Source of the DNA: Dethiosulfatarculus sandiegensis
GTDB lineage: Bacteria; Desulfobacterota; Desulfarculia; Desulfarculales; Desulfarculaceae
Reading direction: 5' to 3'
Length of the DNA stretch: 24,000 nt
Assembly (NCBI RefSeq): GCF_000931935.2
Contig: NZ_AZAC01000027.1
Coordinates: forward strand, 7,194 to 31,193
The notes beneath the pieces are model-generated. The model was not told the DNA's origin, ran no database searches, and saw only the letters and a list, made by a program, of their open reading frames with translations. Within the stretch, counting starts at the first letter, position 1, and the number at the start of each line of letters is the position of its first letter. Position numbers and translations under genes: made by a program. Shown here one piece after another: positions 19,128 through 24,000 of the stretch.

Positions 19128-20696
19128 TTATCGTCCAAAAGTTAGCGTTTTTGTTTGACTTATGGTCTTTGATAAAACATACGCAACTCTGAGAAAAATT
19201 ACCCCAAGTGTTGCAAAGGCTAAATTAACAATGAATATAGTAAGCATATCATTATGGATCATTTCCATCGGTGTTGATCTGTTTTGAATGCAATAGATAA
19301 CAGGAACGATAAAATATAAAAATCCGCCAAGAGTCAACAGCTCCATGGCGGCTATCTTGGAGTGAATCCTGTAAAAAGACCAGGCAAAGGCGGCAATCCA
19401 AAAATCGAAAAATAAACCTTGCTGCCAGATAAGCCTGTCTTTCATGTCAAAAGGCAGCAGCCATTGCAGATTTAGTAATATTCCGGTGGCCGGTATGACG
19501 CCGATCATGAATGCCAGAGATAACTTGCTCACCCAATGATAAAAGGGAATATTCTTGCCAAAATATTTTTTCTTTTTTTCTAGCCAAAGCATCACTCCCA
19601 GGGCAATGCCAGTGCAACATCCCAACATCAACAGAAACACAAGTGATCTGGTGAATATATCAACACCAAAAAGGAGATGTAGAAAATAGACGGAATCGGT
19701 TAAAAGCACTCCCCATGGCCGATCCATTACCTTGGATTGTTTGATTAAATTACCATCATACCCGTTCAGGACAATGCTCGGTTTATTGCTTACCCCATTT
19801 AAGAATGGTACATAGGGGTTGTATCCCTCCAATTTAATTTTGGCGGATTTGTCCCCCCAATTTATAAGGGTGAGTTTCTGAAAATTTATATTTGAATTTA
19901 CCTTTTGGGCTTTTTTGATTAACTCCTTCAGGGGCAACATGGGTACGGGTTCATTTAGTTTTGGTATTGGCTTGTCTTTCGGAAACAATACTGGAAGAAT
20001 AAGGGGGCGGATGTTTGTCTTTTCACCATGTGTGGTGAGGTAGACAAGTGGCCCGGAGCCAACAAAGCTGAGACCCATAACAGTTGCGCATAGCACTATT
20101 ATCAAGAGAGGAGCCGAGCCCCAGAGCAGAAGTTTGCGATGCCAAAAGGAAAAAATATTTCGGTTGCTTTTTTTTGATCCCTTGAAGTCAAGCACGGAGA
20201 TAAGGATAAGTCCGCCGATAATGAGAAATAGAACACCGGCAGCCACAAGGCCAAAGATTGTGGTGCCAAGTTTTTTTAGGGGCCTGCCATAATGCATTCC
20301 ATTTAAAAACATGGCAAGATTTGAGCTCCCACCTTCGTCTTTTATCCGTTTTTGGGTTATTGGGTTGAATACGATCTTGGGAGAGTGCCTTTGTGATATC
20401 TGTAGGGCGGGATCTTCTCCGGCTCCTGGGAGATCAAGTAAAATTTCTTCCCCGGACAAGTTCGGATCCGACAATGCTTCTTCAAGCATCGGCTCGTAAT
20501 TTATCTCTGTGATTTCCATTGTTGGGAAGTGCCGGGAGGGCTTTTCCCATACTCTGATATACGGCATGAAGATTGCGTAAAGCCCAAAAAATAATGAGTT
20601 GTATAGCAGCAGTGAACAAATGATGCCCATTGCGACATGCCCACGATATAGTCTTTGTTTGTAGACATGTGAGTTGGCTTTGTGTGTGTTTTTCAT
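19128..20696 (-). CDS. PepSY-associated TM helix (PiuB-like) family membrane protein
   Basis: Start placed at the ATG at 20696 (MKNTHKANSHVYKQRLYRGHVAMGIICSLLLYNSLFFGLYAI); the ORF track starts at 20765. Multiple TM segments and a FLNGMHYGRPLKKLGTTIFGLVAAGVLFLIIGGLIL segment typical of PepSY-TM proteins. Confidence 0.7.
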   Translation of the reverse strand: MKNTHKANSHVYKQRLYRGHVAMGIICSLLLYNSLFFGLYAIFMPYIRVWEKPSRHFPTMEITEINYEPMLEEALSDPNLSGEEILLDLPGAGEDPALQISQRHSPKIVFNPITQKRIKDEGGSSNLAMFLNGMHYGRPLKKLGTTIFGLVAAGVLFLIIGGLILISVLDFKGSKKSNRNIFSFWHRKLLLWGSAPLLIIVLCATVMGLSFVGSGPLVYLTTHGEKTNIRPLILPVLFPKDKPIPKLNEPVPMLPLKELIKKAQKVNSNINFQKLTLINWGDKSAKIKLEGYNPYVPFLNGVSNKPSIVLNGYDGNLIKQSKVMDRPWGVLLTDSVYFLHLLFGVDIFTRSLVFLLMLGCCTGIALGVMLWLEKKKKYFGKNIPFYHWVSKLSLAFMIGVIPATGILLNLQWLLPFDMKDRLIWQQGLFFDFWIAAFAWSFYRIHSKIAAMELLTLGGFLYFIVPVIYCIQNRSTPMEMIHNDMLTIFIVNLAFATLGVIFLRVAYVLSKTISQTKTLTFGR

Positions 20697-20706
20697 GTTT
20701 TTTGCT

Positions 20707-21060
20707 TTAATCCATGCATACAAAATAGATAATCCCTGCGTTGAAGCAGAGAGTAGGCACAACAAAACGAAGTAAGGTGCTTAATTTCGAGGGAGAAACT
20801 GATATCCATAGTGCGGCGCATGACCAGACAAGTGGTGTGAATAAAAATGGTAGAAAAACGGCAAGTTGTACTTTGTCAGGGATAAGGAAGACCAATAAAG
20901 TCATGCCGGAATAGGCAAGTAATAACCCTCCAAAAGTTGCACAGACAATTCTGAACCAACCAATTTTTGATCCGTTTTTTTCGGGTTTTTTCAGATAATC
21001 ATATAGGGTGAAAAGCGACATAGGAATCAGGCCCTTATTAGAATCAAGTAGTGTTGCCAC
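20707..21060 (-). CDS. Small integral membrane protein, DUF3649-like (iron-uptake-associated)
   Basis: 117 aa; FRIVCATFGGLLLAYSGMTLLVFLIPDKVQLAVFLPFLFTPLVWSCAALWISVS; gap of about 10 nt to the PepSY gene. Start may be the internal Met (MSLFTLYDYLKK). Confidence 0.55.
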   Translation of the reverse strand: MATLLDSNKGLIPMSLFTLYDYLKKPEKNGSKIGWFRIVCATFGGLLLAYSGMTLLVFLIPDKVQLAVFLPFLFTPLVWSCAALWISVSPSKLSTLLRFVVPTLCFNAGIIYFVCMD

Positions 21061-21134
21061 GATAGCCGGCTCCGGGGCGGCGTAACCAGGATTAAATGGT
21101 CTAGCCTCAGCGTGGTTTTTTAGCCATTGCCTGG

Positions 21135-21179
21135 TTAAGCATGCTTCGTGAGAATGGACATCAAATTGGGCATGCTTAA
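21135..21179. repeat. Perfect 10-bp inverted repeat TTAAGCATGC ... GCATGCTTAA with 25-bp spacer
   Basis: Arms at 21135-21144 and 21170-21179, read directly. Lies upstream of the minus-strand operon starting at 21060. Confidence 0.8.
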
Positions 21180-21570
21180 ATTATTTTATAAGTTATAACA
21201 AATTATCTGAGCAATTCTAGCGGTAGATTATAATTTTGTAGCGGGATATGACGCCTGCTATTACCTATGATATTGCTTTTCTTTAATTTGGTCTGGGAAT
21301 ATAACCCATGGCTTGCCGGAAAGCCCTTGTGATTGGTGGGGAGGATCAAGCTGAGGCCTTTAATGGAGAGAGGCTTTTCAAGGCTCGTAGACTATATGGC
21401 GCACAATAAGGCAACTAGGTGTTAAATGCCGATGAGGCTCAATGCTTTTGACTTGAGGTGGATTTCACAGCCCGCGCTCTGGGAATAGCTGAAAGCAGTC
21501 TATGGATTAGGTCGAGGTGCTTTATACTAGTTTTCCTGTTTGACATCTCGAGCTTTAAGAGTTACCTATT

Positions 21571-21592
21571 TATATGCGTGCGCATGCATATA
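21571..21592. promoter_or_regulatory. 22-bp near-palindrome TATATGCGTGCGCATGCATATA, possible operator
   Basis: The reverse complement TATATGCATGCGCACGCATATA matches at 20 of 22 positions. Located 26 bp upstream of the CDS at 21619. Confidence 0.45.
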
Positions 21593-21618
21593 ATAACTTC
21601 AAATCCTGAGAGGGCTTT

Positions 21619-21978
21619 ATGAAATGTGAAGAATGCGGAAGGTTCATGGAAGCTGACGAGGCGCGTGAGTTAAACGGTAAGCAACTGTGCGAGGATTGCT
21701 ATATCGATGCCATGACCCCGGTCAAAACCTGCGATCCATGGGCCACCTATACTGCCAGCCGTTTAGAAGACCAGGAGCTGAGTTCACGGCAGGAGGCTAT
21801 TCTGGCCTGCATTGATGAGAAAGGCGGAGCCACCCTGTCTGAGTTGTTGGCTGCTACTGGTTTGTCTGAAAAGGATTTTTTGCGCGAGTTCGCAGCTCTC
21901 AGACATATGGAGGTGGCGGCTGCGGCGCAGCAGGCGGATAACAACAAGGTTTTCGTACGGTTTGAGAAAAAAGACTAA
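21619..21978 (+). CDS. Small protein with N-terminal zinc ribbon/LIM-like motif and C-terminal winged-helix-like region
   Basis: 119 aa; CEECGRF...LCEDCYIDAM (two CX2C pairs), then SSRQEAILACIDEKGGATLSELLAATGLSEKDFLREFAAL, helix-turn-helix-like. Confidence 0.8.
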   Translation: MKCEECGRFMEADEARELNGKQLCEDCYIDAMTPVKTCDPWATYTASRLEDQELSSRQEAILACIDEKGGATLSELLAATGLSEKDFLREFAALRHMEVAAAAQQADNNKVFVRFEKKD

Positions 21979-22073
21979 GTTATTTTAGGGGGGTGTAAAT
22001 ATGGCCGCCTGTTTTTCATTGTCAGGTTGTTTTTAAACCCGGCCTTGCTCGCCCGGATTGGGAGAAGTCTTAA

Positions 22074-22496
22074 TTGGATAATTTGGTAAGGCTCTTCGAT
22101 TTGATCGTGGTACTTGCCCGTCGCCGGTATCATGCTGCGGAGCACCATTTTAAAGTTTTAGGGCTCAACCATACCAAAGCCAACCTGTTGACTCTGCTTG
22201 ACCGGGAAGGCGGTGTGGCCACTCAGGAGGAGCTATCGAATTTGATCTTTTTAGATCGAAGCAATGCCGGTCGCGCTTTGAAATGCCTTGAAGAGCAAGG
22301 TTATGTTGAACGGCGTAAAAACACAGGTGATAAAAGAACGAACCTGGTTCAAATAACCACCAAGGGCAGCAAGGCGGTGATTGACATATCGCGGCTCAAG
22401 AAAAGGATCATAAAAAGCGTTTCCGGCGAGTTGAGCGATGAACAAGCCGGTCGCATCATGGAGATGCTGGAGAAGACTCTTAAGGCTGAAAAGTAA
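22074..22496 (+). CDS. MarR family transcriptional regulator (TTG start)
   Basis: 140 aa; LNHTKANLLTLLDREGGVATQEELSNLIFLDRSNAGRALKCLEEQGYVERRKNTGDKRTNLVQITTKG (wHTH with wing). Confidence 0.88.
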   Translation: MDNLVRLFDLIVVLARRRYHAAEHHFKVLGLNHTKANLLTLLDREGGVATQEELSNLIFLDRSNAGRALKCLEEQGYVERRKNTGDKRTNLVQITTKGSKAVIDISRLKKRIIKSVSGELSDEQAGRIMEMLEKTLKAEK

Positions 22497-22625
22497 TGCC
22501 TCTCTTTTAATAATAGTTGCGATTAGCCGAAACCAGGCAGATGCCTGTTGTTTTAAATGCGGTCTCTTGTTTATCAGTCATCACCGCATGGTCCTACAAA
22601 ACCACCCCATAAAAGGAACCTGAAA

Positions 22626-23414
22626 TTGAGCACAAGCAGTGGAGCTAAGGTAACGGAGAAGACGAAAAAGGCTTTCTGGGAAAATCTGGCAAGGCATTAT
22701 CCCCTTCCTTTTGATAAAGAGGTTTTGGCCACCACGCAAAAGGTTTTTTCCATGGTCAAAAAAAGGGGGGTGACCTTCAGCAATGCCGAGATTCTGGATA
22801 TAGCCTGCGGCACCGGTATTTACACCTTGCCCCTGGCCGGTGAAGCAGCCGGGGTAACCGGGCTCGATGACTCTGAGGCCATGCTTGATCGGATGAAGCA
22901 GGTCATGGAGGCCAAAGGCATCCAAAACGTGCGGCCGGTTAAGGCATCGTGGGAAGATATAGATATCGCCGCCAAGGGGTTTCAAAAGGCGTTCGATATT
23001 GCCTGGGTGTCTATGACCCCGGCTATTCAAACCGCTCATGATTTTGACTTGATGGAACAATGCGCCAGAAAATGGTGCGTTTACATTGGCTGGGGGCGCA
23101 AACGGGAAAATGCCCTGATGCAGGAGATATTCAGCTCACACGGCCTTTCTTACGGCCCCCCGCCAAATATCGCAAAGGCCTACGATATCTTGCTGGAATC
23201 CGGACGAAAGCCCTCTTTGGATTACTTTGAGACAACCTGGTATTGGAAGGGAACCGCCAATGAAGCCCTTTCAGATATAGCGTTTCATATTGAAATGCAT
23301 GGGGAAAAGCCTCGTCGAGACCTGATTGCAAAAGCCCTGCACAGTTATGAACGAGATGGCGTGCTAAGCTATGCCACTGAGGTGGAACTGAGGCTTTTGG
23401 TGTGGCCGGTTTGA
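22626..23414 (+). CDS. Class I SAM-dependent methyltransferase
   Basis: Motif I ILDIACGTGIYTLPLAGEAAGVTGLDDSEAMLDRMKQVM. ORF track starts at 22557; a TTG near 22626 (LSTSSGAKVTEK) is the likelier start. Confidence 0.8.
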   Translation: MSTSSGAKVTEKTKKAFWENLARHYPLPFDKEVLATTQKVFSMVKKRGVTFSNAEILDIACGTGIYTLPLAGEAAGVTGLDDSEAMLDRMKQVMEAKGIQNVRPVKASWEDIDIAAKGFQKAFDIAWVSMTPAIQTAHDFDLMEQCARKWCVYIGWGRKRENALMQEIFSSHGLSYGPPPNIAKAYDILLESGRKPSLDYFETTWYWKGTANEALSDIAFHIEMHGEKPRRDLIAKALHSYERDGVLSYATEVELRLLVWPV

Positions 23415-23577
23415 GACGGCAGTTTTTGTAACGTGATTGAATCTGCGGCCTGAAAGGCGACTGAAAGGACTTCTCCGTGATCTTGAGCGCCGATCAGGTC
23501 GTAGAGGCAGGTCGACGGCCTTAAAGAGACTGTCTTGTTTTCTGTGTATGAGCCAATTACGGATTTGATTTAACATT

Positions 23578-24000
23578 TCAATTTTGCACCGCCCGAATTC
23601 TTTCGTCAAATAAGATAGCGAATTGATTCATGGCTGCGGTCCAATCCTTTGGCGGCCTCTTCCACTTTTCCGCCAGGTTTTTAATGGCAAGGTAAAGCAG
23701 CTTGGTGGCGGCCTGATCATTGGGGAAATGCCCCCTGGTTTTAACCGCTTTGCGCAGGCTGCGATTCAAGCTTTCGATGGCGTTTGTGGTGTAGATCACC
23801 CTTCGGATTTCGTGAGGATAGGACAGGAAGGGAATGATCTGCTCCCAATTGCGCCGCCATGACTGGCTGATGGTGGGATATTTGCCATCCCACTTTTCTT
23901 CGAATTCACAAAGCCGGCCCTCGGCGGCCTCGGTGGTCTCGGCCCGGTAGATGGCCTTGAGGTCGGCCGCCACTTGCTTGCGGTGCTTCCAGGGCACGAA
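23578..24000 (-). mobile_element. IS256-family (mutator-type) transposase, C-terminal part; N-terminus beyond the right window edge
   Basis: FVPWKHRKQVAADLKAIYRAETTEAAEGRLCEFEEKWDGKYPTISQSWRRNWEQIIPFLSYPHEIRRVIYTTNAIESLNRSLRKAVKTRGHFPNDQAATKLLYLA: IS256-type motif IYTTNAIESLNRSLRKAVKTRGHFPND. Open to the window edge. Confidence 0.93.

Noticed and set aside
21309-21410. 33-codon plus-strand ORF MACRKALVIGGEDQAEAFNGERLFKARRLYGAQ
   Set aside because: Too short and no recognised homology; could be decayed coding DNA but unsupported.
1-24000. CRISPR arrays, tRNA and rRNA genes
   Set aside because: No regularly spaced direct repeats, cloverleaf-like sequences or rRNA signatures were noticed.

Overview
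Bacterial window, probably Desulfobacterota/deltaproteobacterial judging by gene content (inference). It has six parts. (1) A minus-strand cluster at 1-4716: two radical SAM enzymes, a class I methyltransferase and a UDP-glucose/GDP-mannose dehydrogenase. One radical SAM gene runs off the left edge and is absent from the ORF track. (2) A tightly packed minus-strand signalling locus at 5437-17022. It starts with a 1716-aa membrane sensor carrying four tandem SBP_bac_3-like domains and five PAS domains but no kinase. An RsbR-RsbS-RsbT-RsbX stressosome module follows, then a hybrid histidine kinase (2xREC + HPt) and a REC-HD-GYP response regulator. The kinase N-terminus looks like a degenerate RsbT domain. 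(3) A plus-strand relic at about 17772-18406, best read as a NifA-type GAF domain, broken by two frameshifts, joined to the C-terminal end of a NifB-like protein. (4) A minus-strand PepSY/DUF3649-like membrane operon at 18637-21060. (5) Plus-strand genes for a zinc-finger/winged-helix small protein, a MarR regulator and a methyltransferase. (6) The C-terminal part of an IS256-family transposase at the right edge. The main candidate for an unusual system is the stressosome-to-phosphorelay-to-c-di-GMP locus with its kinase-less multi-VFT/multi-PAS sensor.
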